Assembly: GCA_963789265.1 (NCBI GenBank)
Contig: CAWBKB010000001.1
Coordinates: 2,432,001 to 2,496,000 of the forward strand
Reading direction: 5' to 3'
Length of the DNA stretch: 64,000 nucleotides
Origin: an uncultured delta proteobacterium
GTDB taxonomy: Bacteria; Desulfobacterota; Desulfomonilia; Desulfomonilales; Desulfomonilaceae
The notes beneath the pieces were generated by a model. It made no database searches and was not told the DNA's origin. It saw nothing but the letters and a program-made list of their open reading frames with translations. Each line of letters starts with the position of its first letter. Position 1 is the first letter of the stretch. Below, piece by piece: positions 48,851 through 60,171 of this stretch. The translations under genes were made by a program, and so were the position numbers.

Positions 48851-49028
48851 AGGACCTAATGAACGGAGTCAACATTCCGAGACGGGAAAGACCAACGAAG
48901 CGCTTAGAGTGGTGCCGCTATGATTTGGATTCCTGATCGTTAGGCAAGTTGTTTCTCAGCGACCGACAAATAAGTTGTTCTTGTGGATCCGGACTGTGAC
49001 AGCTAATCCATCAATGCCAATCCACAGT

Positions 49029-49541
49029 CTAATCGCGTTGGAAGGTGGCTGTGCTAAGCTCAACCCCCAATTGATGCAGCCTGTCCCTGAAGTCTTCGAT
49101 CAGCCGTGTTAATTCGAGTCGATCCACGTCATGATAGGACATCAGCAGAACGACCTTTTCGGGGCTTGGATCACCTCCCACTGTTTGAATCGCTTGGTAC
49201 CTTTCCGCCAAGTGCTTGAGATGCTCAAGCACCTCGCCCATGCCCTGATACCTGTCGGCAGGGTTCTTTTGTGTCGCCTTTCCTATGAAATCAGCTACTT
49301 CTGCGGGCAGGTCGGAATTCACGGCACCAGCGTCAGGGAACGGCATTTCTCGATGAGCCATCAACACGTCAGCCACATTCGGCCCGGGAAACGGCTTTCG
49401 GCCTGTGAACATTTCGAATGCTGTGATGCCCAGGGAGTAGGTGTCCGTTCTCTCATCAACAGGATCCATGTCTATTTGCTCGGGAGCCATGTAGTACGGC
49501 GTTCCCACGAGGTCCAGCTCCTGCCCCACCCCTGCCCTTTT
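49029..49541 (-). pseudogene. Ser/Thr protein kinase C-terminal fragment
   Basis: GTPYYMAPEQ, DERTDTYSLG, KNPADRY. Subdomains I-VII are absent and the 5' end abuts a palindromic repeat. Confidence 0.8.
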
Positions 49542-49667
49542 TCGTCGTTTCACTCCTCGCAATGACATTCCCGCTACCTCTCATTGCGAGTCCACGGGAC
49601 GCGGGACGAAGCAATCTTTTCTTCGGTGCCAAATTCTTCACGTTACCGCATTTGCTGCATGGTGTAC

Positions 49668-51341
49668 TTAGCGTTTTCGCAAGAGCTTCTTGTCGACCTT
49701 TCCCACCGAGGTAAGCGGCATGGAATCGATGAATTCCACCACCTTTGGAACCTTATACGGCGCCATTTTATCTCTTGCGTACGCGACGAGTTCGCCTTCT
49801 ATTTCATCGTTGGGCTTGTCCTTGTATTCCGAGCTCTTTTGAACGAACAGCTTTACGATTTCACTGTCCGGACGCTCCGGGTTTGGAAGGCCGATCAGAG
49901 CGCACATACCGACGGCAGGGTGCTTGTAGAAGTGATCCTCGACTTCAATCGAAAACACCTTGTATCCACCCACTATGATCATGTCTTTTACACGATCCAC
50001 GATGTACACGTATCCATCTTCGTCCATACGGCCAATATCGCCAGTGTGCATCCACGCACATCCGTTGTGAGCCCGCAATGCTGTTTGTGTCTCTTCCGGC
50101 TGGTTCCAATATCCTTTCATTACCTGCGGACCGCTTGCCACCAGTTCGCCTTCTTTTCCCATTGGTACGGAGGTCACGCCGTCAATGGGATCCACAACAC
50201 GCAAGAGTGTATTGGGTAGAGGGAGCCCCACCGAACCACCCTTTTTCTTGCCTTTGATCGGGTTCGCGGTAATCACGGGACTCGTTTCCGTCATGCCCCA
50301 TACTTCGATCAACTTTGCCTCACCTATGACCGATTCCAGAACGGGTATGACATCCACCGGGAAAGGCGATGCGCCTGAGATCCAAGCTTTGAGTGACGAA
50401 AAGTCGAGCTTCTTGAATTCTGGATCGGCAAGGAGCATGAGTGTAAGCGAGGGAACATTACAGATCACCGTTGGTTTGTGCGCCGCAATGGCTTTTACGA
50501 TATACTGGAGGTTCCTGGGGTCCGGTATGAGCACCTGAGCATGACCGTGCGCCATCGCCCCGTTCGCCGTACCCAGGCCCGCCACGTGGAAGATTGGAAA
50601 AGCGGAGAGGTATATCTCTTGTCCTCTGATGATGGATTGATTCCAATGCTCACCCTGAATGATGTTGGCCATCATGTTTGAGTGGCTGAGTTCAGCTCCT
50701 TTGGGCCTGCCTGTAGTCCCTCCCGTGTACTGCACAAAGCATGTGTCTGCCGGTGACACTGTAATGTCCGAAACGTCTGTGGAAGCGGAGGCGAGAAAAC
50801 TCGCGAACGACATCACTTCCTTTCCTGCAAGAGGTGTTCCGGCAGGATACTGGGTTGTAATCGGCAGCATATCGGCAGCGCCGGTCACGAGAATCAGCTC
50901 GAGTTTCGGCAACCGGTCTGCGATTGCAGCAATCCTTGCGGCGAAAAGCAGGTCCAGCGTGAGGATAGCCTTGGCACCACTATCGTTGATCTGATAAGCC
51001 ATCTCGTCAGGACTTAACAACGGAGACACGCCTGATATCGCGCACCCGGCTCGTAACGACCCAACGAGTGCGATTAGATATTGAGGGGTGTTAGGCATGT
51101 GGATAGCCACTAGATCGCCTTTGGTCAGCCCTCTCTCGATTAGCGCTTTCGCAAAACGGCCACTTTTTTCCAGCAGTTCTCCGAACGTCATCGTCATTCC
51201 CATGTAATGCAACGCCGGCCGCTCTGAGAACTCTTTGAAAGTGTGGACAAAGTGGTCTTTGAGAGAGACGTTAGGAATCTCGATCTCCGCTTGCACACCG
51301 AGATCGTACGACTTAAGCCACGGCTTCTGCTCATAGATCAT
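49668..51341 (-). CDS. Long-chain fatty-acid-CoA ligase (FadD-like)
   Basis: QYTGGTTGRPKG, WGMTETSP, GPQVMKGYW, HTGD, VGKV; RBS GGAGG before ATG 51341. Confidence 0.92.
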   Translation of the reverse strand: MIYEQKPWLKSYDLGVQAEIEIPNVSLKDHFVHTFKEFSERPALHYMGMTMTFGELLEKSGRFAKALIERGLTKGDLVAIHMPNTPQYLIALVGSLRAGCAISGVSPLLSPDEMAYQINDSGAKAILTLDLLFAARIAAIADRLPKLELILVTGAADMLPITTQYPAGTPLAGKEVMSFASFLASASTDVSDITVSPADTCFVQYTGGTTGRPKGAELSHSNMMANIIQGEHWNQSIIRGQEIYLSAFPIFHVAGLGTANGAMAHGHAQVLIPDPRNLQYIVKAIAAHKPTVICNVPSLTLMLLADPEFKKLDFSSLKAWISGASPFPVDVIPVLESVIGEAKLIEVWGMTETSPVITANPIKGKKKGGSVGLPLPNTLLRVVDPIDGVTSVPMGKEGELVASGPQVMKGYWNQPEETQTALRAHNGCAWMHTGDIGRMDEDGYVYIVDRVKDMIIVGGYKVFSIEVEDHFYKHPAVGMCALIGLPNPERPDSEIVKLFVQKSSEYKDKPNDEIEGELVAYARDKMAPYKVPKVVEFIDSMPLTSVGKVDKKLLRKR

Positions 51342-51607
51342 TGCAGCACCTCCTGTGCCGGGGACCTTTTCACAGTCCCCAGGTTGATCCATGTCAATCC
51401 GCTTCGATCCATTTAAGTCTTGAAAAAAGCTTATTGTATGGTAACCGGATTCCTCATTGCAAGATGCAGCTAAATCTTGTTTTCGGCCTTTTTTGGGAAA
51501 TTGCCTCTTTTTGCCTCCCAAAGGATGACTTCACAAGTTGGGTAAAGACGAGAAGGTGCGAGGGAAGAGCACCAGGGCGTTTTGGTGGCACACTTCAAAC
51601 AAAAAGC

Positions 51608-51901
51608 TCAGGGCAGACCGGCAATGATTTTCCGGTATTGATCCTCTGGAAAAGCGGTAAGAGTCTCCGAGCGAAGCGCACCTCGCGAACCGATGGAGAG
51701 AGCTAACTTTGCTGCTGTTTCATCGTCCGGCCCCTCCACGACAATGACCATGTCGTACCGGCCCGTCACGAGGTAGAAATCTTTGATCCGCGCTCCCACC
51801 GCTTCAAAGGCCTTCTTGGCCGCATCGAGCCGAGCAGGCCCCTCCTTGATGTTTTCAATCCCCTTCTGCGTTAAGTTGCACAACACGACATAAGTTTTCA
51901 T
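51608..51901 (-). CDS. GYD-domain protein
   Basis: MKTYVVLCNLTQKGIENIK...TGRYDMV...SETLTAF. Confidence 0.88.
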   Translation of the reverse strand: MKTYVVLCNLTQKGIENIKEGPARLDAAKKAFEAVGARIKDFYLVTGRYDMVIVVEGPDDETAAKLALSIGSRGALRSETLTAFPEDQYRKIIAGLP

Positions 51902-52000
51902 AATGGTTCCCCCCTTCATATATTGTCCCCGGTGCTTCCCTCAAGCTGCATTCAGTGATTTGTCTAGGTGCGCTTGCAGTTCCCTCTTTTTTTTCGATTC

Positions 52001-52220
52001 GGCGGACTGGAAAGTCCGCCCCACAGGTCAAGTTGCAATTCCAATAGTCTATTCTGTGGCGCAGGCTTTCCAGCCTGTGATTTAAAGGTTAAGATATTCA
52101 ACCCAAATTTCTTTTTGGTTCCCCTTCTTGTACCGATTCGGCGGACTGGAAAGTCCGCCCCACAGGTCAAGTTTGTAAGCTTCACAGTCCCAGCTTGTGG
52201 TGCAGGCTTTCCAGCCTGCG
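52001..52220. repeat. Tandem (about 140-bp period) array of GTGG-type REP-like palindromes
   Basis: Two copies each of GGCGGACTGGAAAGTCCGCCCCACAGGTCAAGTT and GTGGYGCAGGCTTTCCAGCCTG. Confidence 0.8.
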
Positions 52221-52289
52221 ATTTTAGGCAGCCGGCCACTCTCATCCCTGAACCTAGCCTTGATGGCTCCTGAAAAGCCTTGATTTTTT

Positions 52290-55200
52290 TCACAGCCTCG
52301 CCAGCGCCTCCTGCGCCTTACCCAGCCAGTAGTCCATTCCCATATCCCGGAACATGCCTTCGGCCTTTTTCAGGTTGTGAAGGGCCTCTTCTCTTCGGCC
52401 CGCCTCAGCGTAGGCCTCTCCGAGATACAGATAGCCCCCACTAGAATAATATGGGAGTCGCAGTTGGTCAGCCAGGCTTATCCCTTGCAACATGAGCTGT
52501 TCCGCAGCCTCAATTTGGCTTGGTTCGGTTTTGGCAACTACCTTCCCGAGCCAAACCTTCGCGAGCGACTGAACGTGTCTCTCGTTGTTTTCCAGAGAGA
52601 ATTGAAGAGCCAACTCTGCATGCGATCGTGCTTCCTCAATGTCGCCGTGTTCGAAATGTGCATGGCTGCAGAAATAGTGGCACGCTCCTTTCCAAAAAGG
52701 CAAGCCAAGATCAGTGTGCATTTCAAGCCCTTTCTTGGTCAGATCGACGGCAGTCTTGGACTGCCCCATCAAGCTGTGCGCCCATCCCAGCCAAGCCCAT
52801 GTAGCGCCCAGTACATATGCTGTTTGGGATTCTTCCATGTATCTGATAGCATCCTGAAGATGAGCTGCTGCCCTTTGCCCGTCTCCCTTCATTGCAAGCA
52901 CACATCCGTAAACAAGTTCTACTTGCCCTAGAGTACTCAGATGATCCATTTCGAGGGCGAAAGACAGGGCTTGCTCAAGCAGCCTCTCGCCTTGACAGAA
53001 ATCCCCACACACTCCGGTACTTGTGCCCCACAGCGCGCGAACATACGAATAGGGGTTAAAAGGTAGACCAAATAATTCTGCTTGCATACTGGAGGTCTCA
53101 ATCAGGCTGATGATGCCAGGAGCAACACTGATTATTCTGTAGTAATCTCCCGAAGCTATGCAAGACGAGCACAGGTTAACCCCTAGGGTGACCATGAGTT
53201 CAACATCCTGTATCAAATCAGGATTTCCTAAACAGCTCTCCATATAATTCCATCCGAGTTCGGGATTGCCGCCCCCAAAAATATAATAAACACCCAAAAT
53301 ACTGCGTACATGCAGTAACTTCTTGTCATCCCCAAGCTCTTGAGCCAACGCCTCCGCGTCTTGAAGCATTGGAAGATAATCATCCTGAGACCAGCCTAGC
53401 CTTCTCACTGGCACATTCATCCCCAGAACCAGATCTATCTGCTCTCTCTTATTCTCTTCTTTTGGGGGCAATAGCGAGAGGACCTCCATCCCTTCCTTGT
53501 AAAACCGGACGGCTTCGAACGTTGCGTCATTTCGCACAGCCTTCTCCGCTGACCCCTTCAGGTACAAATATGCCTTCTCCAGATTCCCGCTCTTCGAATA
53601 ATGATAGGCCAACATCTCGCAGAATTCTTCCAGCCGCTGCGGATAGAGCTTTTCAATGGCCCTGCCGATCTTCTCGTGGATCTCCTTTCTCCGGTTGATA
53701 AGCAGGCTGTTGTAAGCGACCTCTTGAACCAGTGCGTGCCTAAATATGTACTCAAGGTCAGGGAAGAGGCTCTTCTCGTAGATGAATTCCAGCCCTTGCA
53801 GGTTCACCAGTCCTGATTTCAGTTCCTCTTTCATCTCCGTGATCGTTTCGAGGATACGAAAGGCAAATTCTCGCCCTATCACAGCGGCCACTTGCATGAT
53901 TCGCTTGAGACTTTCTTCCAAACGGTCCATGCGAGCCGCAATGATCCCCTGAATGGTATCCGGAACTTGCACGCTGGAAATATCCCTCGTCAGGATAAAC
54001 TGATGATTCTTTTTCTGGATGGACCCATTCTGGAGTAGGCTATGGGTAAGCTCCTCCATGAAAAGCGGGTTACCTGCTGCCCGGTTGAGTATCAGTTCCC
54101 TCAGCTCGGGGACCACGTCTCCGCCCTCAAGGATTGCTGCGACGAGTTCCGTGCTTGTGCTCGTGGAGAGATGTCCCACGCCAATCATGCTGTAATAGGA
54201 CTTGCTCCCCCACTGATGGGTATATTCGGGGCGGTAGAGAAAAAGCAGGAGAATGCGGGTCTTTGGCAGCCAGCCGATCATGTAGTTGAGGAACTCTTCG
54301 GTGGTCTTGTCTATCCAGTGGAGGTCTTCAACGACCAGAACAAGCAACCGATCCTGGCTGCCCCGAATCAGCAGGTCCCGGATGGCTTCAAAGGTTTTTT
54401 CCCTCTTCTGTTTTGGCTCCAGCTTGGCGAAGGCTTCATCATCGACCTTCAGAGACAACAGTTCCTGGTATGGTGCAATGACGTGTAGAAGGCTCTCGTC
54501 AAGCCCAAGGATTCTCTCTTTCAGCTTCTGCCTGATTACGTGCTCTTGCTCCCCTTCTTTGACTCCGATGAAAGACCTCGTAATGTCGAGTATGGGCAAA
54601 TAGGGCATAGAGCCACCATAATGAAGACATCGCCCCTCATAATACCAGTGCTCACCCTTTGGAAGAGTGTTTCGGAACTCCAGTAGCAGCCTCGACTTGC
54701 CTACCCCAGCTTCGCCCACGATGCCCACTACCTGGCCTTCTCCTGATTGAACCTTGTCGAACGCTGCTTTCAGCGTATCGATCTCATGGGTGCGGCCCAC
54801 AAATCGGGTAAGACCCTTGGCGGCAGAAGCAGCAATTCTCGTTTCAACCTCTGTGGGCTTTATGAGTCGGTATGCCTCGACAGGCTCCTCTTTTCCCTTC
54901 ACATGAATCTCACCAATGGGATCGAACTCGAAGAACTCTTTGGCCTGTCTGTATATGTGGTTTGATACCAGCACACTGCCGGGCTGGGCGCTGCTTTCCA
55001 TGCGAGAAGCTAAGTTTGCCGTATCTCCTTGGGCTGTATAGTCCATCCGCAGGTCATCACCGATGGAGCCGACCACCACAGGGCCGGAGTTGAGGCCGAT
55101 ACGCATCTTGAAATCAATTCCATAACGGTTCTTTAAGGTCTCGCTGTACGGTATCAGGACCTGCTGAATAGCCAGAACCGGCATGGCAGGCTCTCTGTGC

Positions 55201-55663
55201 ATGGTCCTCGTGCGCGATGGGCGCGCCGAAAAGAGCCATCACCCCGTCACCGCGGAACTGATTGATTGTCCCCTCGTACCTGTGGATCTCGTCCATCAGG
55301 AGGCGGAAACACCCGTCCATGATCTCATGAACTGACTCAGGGTCGAGGGTTTCAAACATGCACGTTGAATTGGCCACGTCCGCGAAGAGGATCGTGACCA
55401 GCTTGCGTTCCCCCTCAATAGAGCTGCGCGTGGTGAGGATCTTTTCCGCAAGATGCTTGGGGGTGTATGAATGAGGCTGGTCGTAATCCAGAGGCTTGGC
55501 CTCTTTCGGCTTGCGGAGGTCGTGGCCGCAGTCACCGCAGAAAGTATCTTCCGGAAGAATTTCGGAGGCGCATTGCGGGCAGGTAAGTGCGAGTTTCCCT
55601 CGACACTTTCTGCAGAAACTTCTTGCTCTCAGGATTTTCCGTCTGGCACTTTGGGCATTTCAT
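52290..55663 (-). pseudogene. Double zinc ribbon + class III cyclase + AAA ATPase + TPR protein with two +1 frameshifts (near 55617 and 55180)
   Basis: MKCPKCQTENP start at 55663; ERKLVTILFADV, FRGDG, GDTANLASRME, GEAGVGKS, EDLHW, GNPLFMEE; three consecutive frames. Confidence 0.85.
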
Positions 55664-55744
55664 GATCGCCTCCCTGACCTTAATGAATTGGTTCTAACGA
55701 AGTTTTGCCGGCTCTCCTTCAGCCTTCGTTACCCACCCGTCAGT

Positions 55745-55871
55745 GTCGGGCACGGCCCAACCTATCTGGAGGTTTCTCCGTTATTTCGCTGTAGGGCGGC
55801 CCGTGGCCGCCGTCAATAATTGACAATCCTTTGTCGACTCATAAAACCGTGTCGGGCATGGGCCGACCTAC
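55745..55871. repeat. GTAG-type REP cluster
   Basis: GTCGGGCACGGCCCAACCTA, GTAGGGCGGCCCGTGGCCGCC, GTCGGGCATGGGCCGACCTAC. Confidence 0.65.
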
Positions 55872-55951
55872 CCTGGTTGAGAGGCTGGTGGCACACCGTC
55901 TTGTTATCGGGACCTCTTCATGGAAATACGATTCGCGGTCTGCTCGTGTGG

Positions 55952-56245
55952 CTATGGGAGCTTACCAATCATTCCCACAAGCTGTTCTTTAGTGAAAGCA
56001 CGCATCGTGGTAGTCCTGACGCTTCCCCCTGCGCCTAATCCCAGCATGAAGGTTGCAGCGACCTCGTCACTCGGAGCCTCCGCAATGCCAATGTAGTCAT
56101 ACTCCCCCATCACGAGGTAGAATGCGATCAATTTGCCCCCCATAGCTTCAAGGGCCTTTACCGCCTCTTCAAGGCGCTTGGGTGCGTCTTTGATGTTTTT
56201 GATTCCTTGCTCCGTCAAGTTCATCACACTGATGTAAGTTGGCAT
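55952..56245 (-). CDS. GYD-domain protein
   Basis: MPTYISVMNLTEQGIKNIK...MGEYDYI...TTTMRAF. Confidence 0.88.
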   Translation of the reverse strand: MPTYISVMNLTEQGIKNIKDAPKRLEEAVKALEAMGGKLIAFYLVMGEYDYIGIAEAPSDEVAATFMLGLGAGGSVRTTTMRAFTKEQLVGMIGKLP

Positions 56246-56344
56246 GACTCTCCCCCCTTTCCGATTTGCCGTCCAGTCAGTGTGCCACCAAATTGAAAGC
56301 GAATCTCATTCTTAAGGATACGGAAGCACGCAGCCACGTTTTGG

Positions 56345-56544
56345 TGAATCTGCTCGGGATCGAGCTTCTTGGTCATGGACGTGTAGCCGGTGAGGTCTGA
56401 AAATACGGCTGTGACGTGTTTGCGTTCCGGCTCGGGTGTTAGATGGGGCTTCGCTTCAGGCGGGGCTGACTTCAGTGCTTGGCCGCATTTGTGACAGAAG
56501 TTCGCTCCATCGGGAAGCTCAGTTTGACATGCGGGGCACTCCAT
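56345..56544 (-). pseudogene. Truncated zinc ribbon + cyclase N-terminus
   Basis: MECPACQ...FCHKCG...ERKHVTAVFSDLTGYTSMTKKLDPEQI, after which similarity ends; RBS AAGGAGG. Confidence 0.8.
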
Positions 56545-56577
56545 GGTTTCCCCTCCTTGGCCGCCATAGACTCATCG

Positions 56578-58150
56578 CTAAGACAGCCTTGCCAACTCCT
56601 CTTCAGCCCTCGTCACCCAGCCGTCTGCGCCGCATTCCCTGTAGATGTCTATGGCTTTGCCCAGTTGCTCTCTGGCTTTTTCTCTGTCGCCTTTTCGTTT
56701 GAATAGTTCAGCGTAAACGGCATAGTCCCTACCCAAGCTGAACATCGTTTGGTTTCGTTTGTCCGCTTCGATGGCCTCATCGATCCAATGCTGAGCTTCT
56801 GGGATTTGCTGATTACCGAGAATCAAAAGGATTTCGGCGAGGTACCTGCGCATCCAGCCTTCCTGCGCCTTGATCTTATTATCTCGGACATAGCGATGGA
56901 GCCCTTCCAGTTCAACACTTTTCTCCCCACTCAAGGCTTGTGCCTTTTCCAAAGCCATCCTGCTCAAGTTCGACATAGAAGGGAGCAATCTCACGGAGTC
57001 AAGAAGCTCAGTGGCGTCTCGACAGCAAATCTTGGCAACTTCGTATTCCCCGATCTCAAGGCAAGTTTCTGCGAGAGCAAACCACGCCAAGGTACCAAAA
57101 AAATTGGATTGCACCTTTTACCAAGATCTACAGCCTTTGAAAGGTGGTCTCTTGCTTCTTCGAGATAGCCTCCACCATAACAGGAATAACCATGAATGCT
57201 GTGTCCTATTGATCGTGAGTATATGTCGCCGCTCTGCTCAGCTAGCCTCAATGCCTCACCACTGGTTTGATAGCTTAGTTCAACTTGCCCATGCAATAAT
57301 TGGAAATAGCTGTGGGTGCTCTTGATGGCTGATACACCCCAGAGGTTGTTTGCTGCCATGTTGATCTCGATTGCTTTCTCAACAAGGGATAATGCCTCTT
57401 CGAATTGGCAATGAGAAGCTAACACAACTGCCAGGTAATAGCTTGCGAGGACAGCGGAAAGCATGTCGCCCGTTTGTTCGGCAAGCTCCAGAGCACGCGT
57501 GAGATGTTCGAGAGCTCTGGGAAAATCCTCTTCAACGGAGTAATCGAAGGCTCCTATAACTGTGTAAATCTGAGCTAGTCGCCTGTTGTAACCCCTTTGT
57601 GCTGCCGACTCCATTATCGGATCTATTATCTCTTTAGCTTTGCAAAAATAGTTCATTTGCGTCAGATAAAGGCCCAAAACCGTTCTGGCATCTATGATCT
57701 TTATCTGCACTTCTTCACTGGCTGGTAACCGCTCCAGACAAGCTATGCCTTTCTCCGCGTACAGGATCGCATCACTGAGTGAAGCTGTCTTCTCTGCCTT
57801 CTTGCTGGCGAGTCTGCCATACCGGGCACCTTTCTCATGCGCGTCACCGGCAAGAAAATGCTCTACTAGGGCTCCGTAATGATCGGTTAGAATGTCCCTG
57901 TAACTGTTCTCAATGATGTTGCCGATCTTCTGGTGAAGCAGCTTACGTCGTTTCGTCAATATCGAGTCGTAGACCACCTCTCGGGTGAGTGCATGTCTGA
58001 ACACGTATGTGGATTGCGGGAAGATCCCTCGTTCGTAGAGAAGCTCCGCATCCTTGAGAACAGAGACATGGTAAAGCAATTCTTGCTCCGGCAATTCTGT
58101 CACTCCCTTGATCAGCTCATAATTGAATTCCCTCTCTATTGCCGAGCAAG
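56578..58150 (-). pseudogene. 3' part (wHTH/TPR region) of the transposon-interrupted cyclase-AAA-TPR gene; additional -1 frameshift in an A/T run near 57100
   Basis: SAIEREFNYELI...YVFRHALTREVVY continues the 61089-62890 frame once the element is removed. Confidence 0.85.
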
Positions 58151-58318
58151 TGTAGGATTTCGAATTGAATGGACAGAAAAGGGGTGAAATTTTCAGAATA
58201 GGTTGACCTGGCAGGGGAAAATATCAGAATAGATGGACGGAATGAAGAGGGCGGTGGCTTGACGGAGCTACCGCCCGAAACATGTACGGGCCGTAAGGCC
58301 CTACAAAAGGATGTTCTG

Positions 58319-58765
58319 ATGATATTCCCTGTTCTTGTTTCCATCAAGGAGATAGTTGCGAGGGGGCGGGATTTTCCTTGGCCGAGACCGGAGGCGTGCC
58401 CTCGGTGTGAGGGGCGTCGGGTCTGGTATCATGGCTTTGTCCCTGCCTTTTTTGACGGTTTTTCTGAACAGCTCTTTTTGCGACGGTATCGCTGCCCGGA
58501 GTGCAGGTGCGTGATGAGGGCGCGACCATCGGGCTATTTCAAACGGGTACAAGCGTCTATCGAGACGGTCCGTTCGTCCATCGCTTTCAGGCTGGAGCAT
58601 GGGAGATGGCCCGCAGGCATTTCACGGTCTCGGCAGGGCCATTGGCTGAGGTCTCTTACACGGAGAGTGTGTGCCCGGTTTGGGCAGGAATGGAGCAAAC
58701 GCCTGCTGGAGGGATTCGATGAGCTGATACTCAAAAATGAGAACCCGGTTTCCCGTCGCATCTAA
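58319..58765 (+). CDS. Transposon-associated zinc-ribbon protein (DUF6431-like)
   Basis: CPRC...WYHG...LRRYRCPEC. Confidence 0.75.
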   Translation: MIFPVLVSIKEIVARGRDFPWPRPEACPRCEGRRVWYHGFVPAFFDGFSEQLFLRRYRCPECRCVMRARPSGYFKRVQASIETVRSSIAFRLEHGRWPAGISRSRQGHWLRSLTRRVCARFGQEWSKRLLEGFDELILKNENPVSRRI

Positions 58766-58869
58766 TCTGCACTGTCCATCGACGCTCACACACCCTACCG
58801 AAGAGTGTCGTTGTCCTGGGATTGTCTTGGGAGTACCACCCCAGACAACATACCCAAGGAGGCAGATCG

Positions 58870-60171
58870 ATGGAGGAAGATAAGAAAAAGCAGATTGCAA
58901 CGTTTCGGTTCGGGGTGATTCATGACCTCGTAGGACATGCGGCGCTCGAACCTGGCGAGCAGGAGAGGCTCATAAGGGACAAGTGCGACCGAAAATGGGT
59001 GATTCCATTCTCGGACAAGACCCGTATTACCCGGAGCACTATCCTGCGCTGGGTGAAGCTCTACAAAGACTCTGGCGGCAAACTGGAGGCGCTGGCTAAC
59101 CATGATAGATCAGATCATGGGAAGAGCCGCGCCATAGATGAAGAGACCGGTTTGGCTTTGATCCGTTTGAGGGCGGAGCTTTCCAAGGCAACGGTCGCCC
59201 GGCTGATCCGTGAGATGAACAAGAGACGACTGGTATCGCCTGGCATCACTCTCACCGCTACAACGGTACACCGCTTCCTGAGAACCAATGGTCTGATGAA
59301 GGGAGATGAGGCCAGGCTCGAAGATCGACGGAAATTCGAAGCTGAGTTACCGAACGATCTGTGGCAGTCCGACTGCATGCATGGCCCGAGCGTGGAGCAC
59401 GAGGGGAAGAAGAGGAAAACCTATCTCCTTGCATTCATCGACGATCACTCTCGCCTGGTTCCTCATGCCGAGTTTTATCTCACCGAGTCGCTTCCATCGT
59501 ATTTGAAAGCCCTTGAGGAAGCCCTCTTGACCAGAGGACTCCCCAGGAAAATCTATACCGACAATGGGAGCGCCTTTCGTTCCCATCACCTGGAGCATGT
59601 CACCGCGAGCCTCGGGATCGCCCTTATCCATGCACGGCCGTACAAGCCACAAGGCAAAGGGAAAATCGAGCGGTTCTTCCGCACAGTGAGGGGCGATTTT
59701 CTGTCCGGCTTCAAAGGCACTACGCTTGCCGATCTGAATCAAGCCCTCTTCTTCTGGCTGGGTGACATCTACCACCAGCGGGTACATTCTTCCACCGGCC
59801 AGACTCCCTTTGCCCGGTTTACGTCACGTATGGAATGCCTGAGAGAAACTCCCCGCAATCTCAGGGACTATTTTCGCAAGACCGTGCGACGAAGAGTAGC
59901 AAAAGACAGGACCATAAGCTTGGACGGAAGGATCTTTGAAGCGCCTGTCCCCCTCATAGGCAAACAAGTCGCCCTTCTATATCACGAACAAGAGCCGGAT
60001 CAGGTCGAGATCATGCTCGGCGGAGTCTCTTTCGGCATGGCTGCCCCAGTAAATATCCACGTCAATAGCCGGGTGAAACGGGACAAGTGGCGAAATATAG
60101 AGCTTCAATCCTCCGAGGAGGCAGAAAAATACCAAGGTGGAAGTCTTTGGGGAAAGAAGGACCGTACATGA
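58870..60171 (+). CDS. DDE transposase/integrase (rve core with Mu-transposase-like C-terminus)
   Basis: LWQSD, FIDDHSR, YTDNGSAF, PYKPQGKGKIERFF; RBS GGAGG. Confidence 0.93.
   Translation: MEEDKKKQIATFRFGVIHDLVGHAALEPGEQERLIRDKCDRKWVIPFSDKTRITRSTILRWVKLYKDSGGKLEALANHDRSDHGKSRAIDEETGLALIRLRAELSKATVARLIREMNKRRLVSPGITLTATTVHRFLRTNGLMKGDEARLEDRRKFEAELPNDLWQSDCMHGPSVEHEGKKRKTYLLAFIDDHSRLVPHAEFYLTESLPSYLKALEEALLTRGLPRKIYTDNGSAFRSHHLEHVTASLGIALIHARPYKPQGKGKIERFFRTVRGDFLSGFKGTTLADLNQALFFWLGDIYHQRVHSSTGQTPFARFTSRMECLRETPRNLRDYFRKTVRRRVAKDRTISLDGRIFEAPVPLIGKQVALLYHEQEPDQVEIMLGGVSFGMAAPVNIHVNSRVKRDKWRNIELQSSEEAEKYQGGSLWGKKDRT

Noticed and set aside
48640..49020. CIRCE/HrcA operator upstream of grpE-dnaK
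   Set aside because: No TTAGCACTC-N9-GAGTGCTAA found by eye, and no hrcA in the window.
52001..52220. Repeat-spacer-like pattern as a mini CRISPR
   Set aside because: Only two periods of alternating inverted REP-like units, and the same family is dispersed at 17389-17455.
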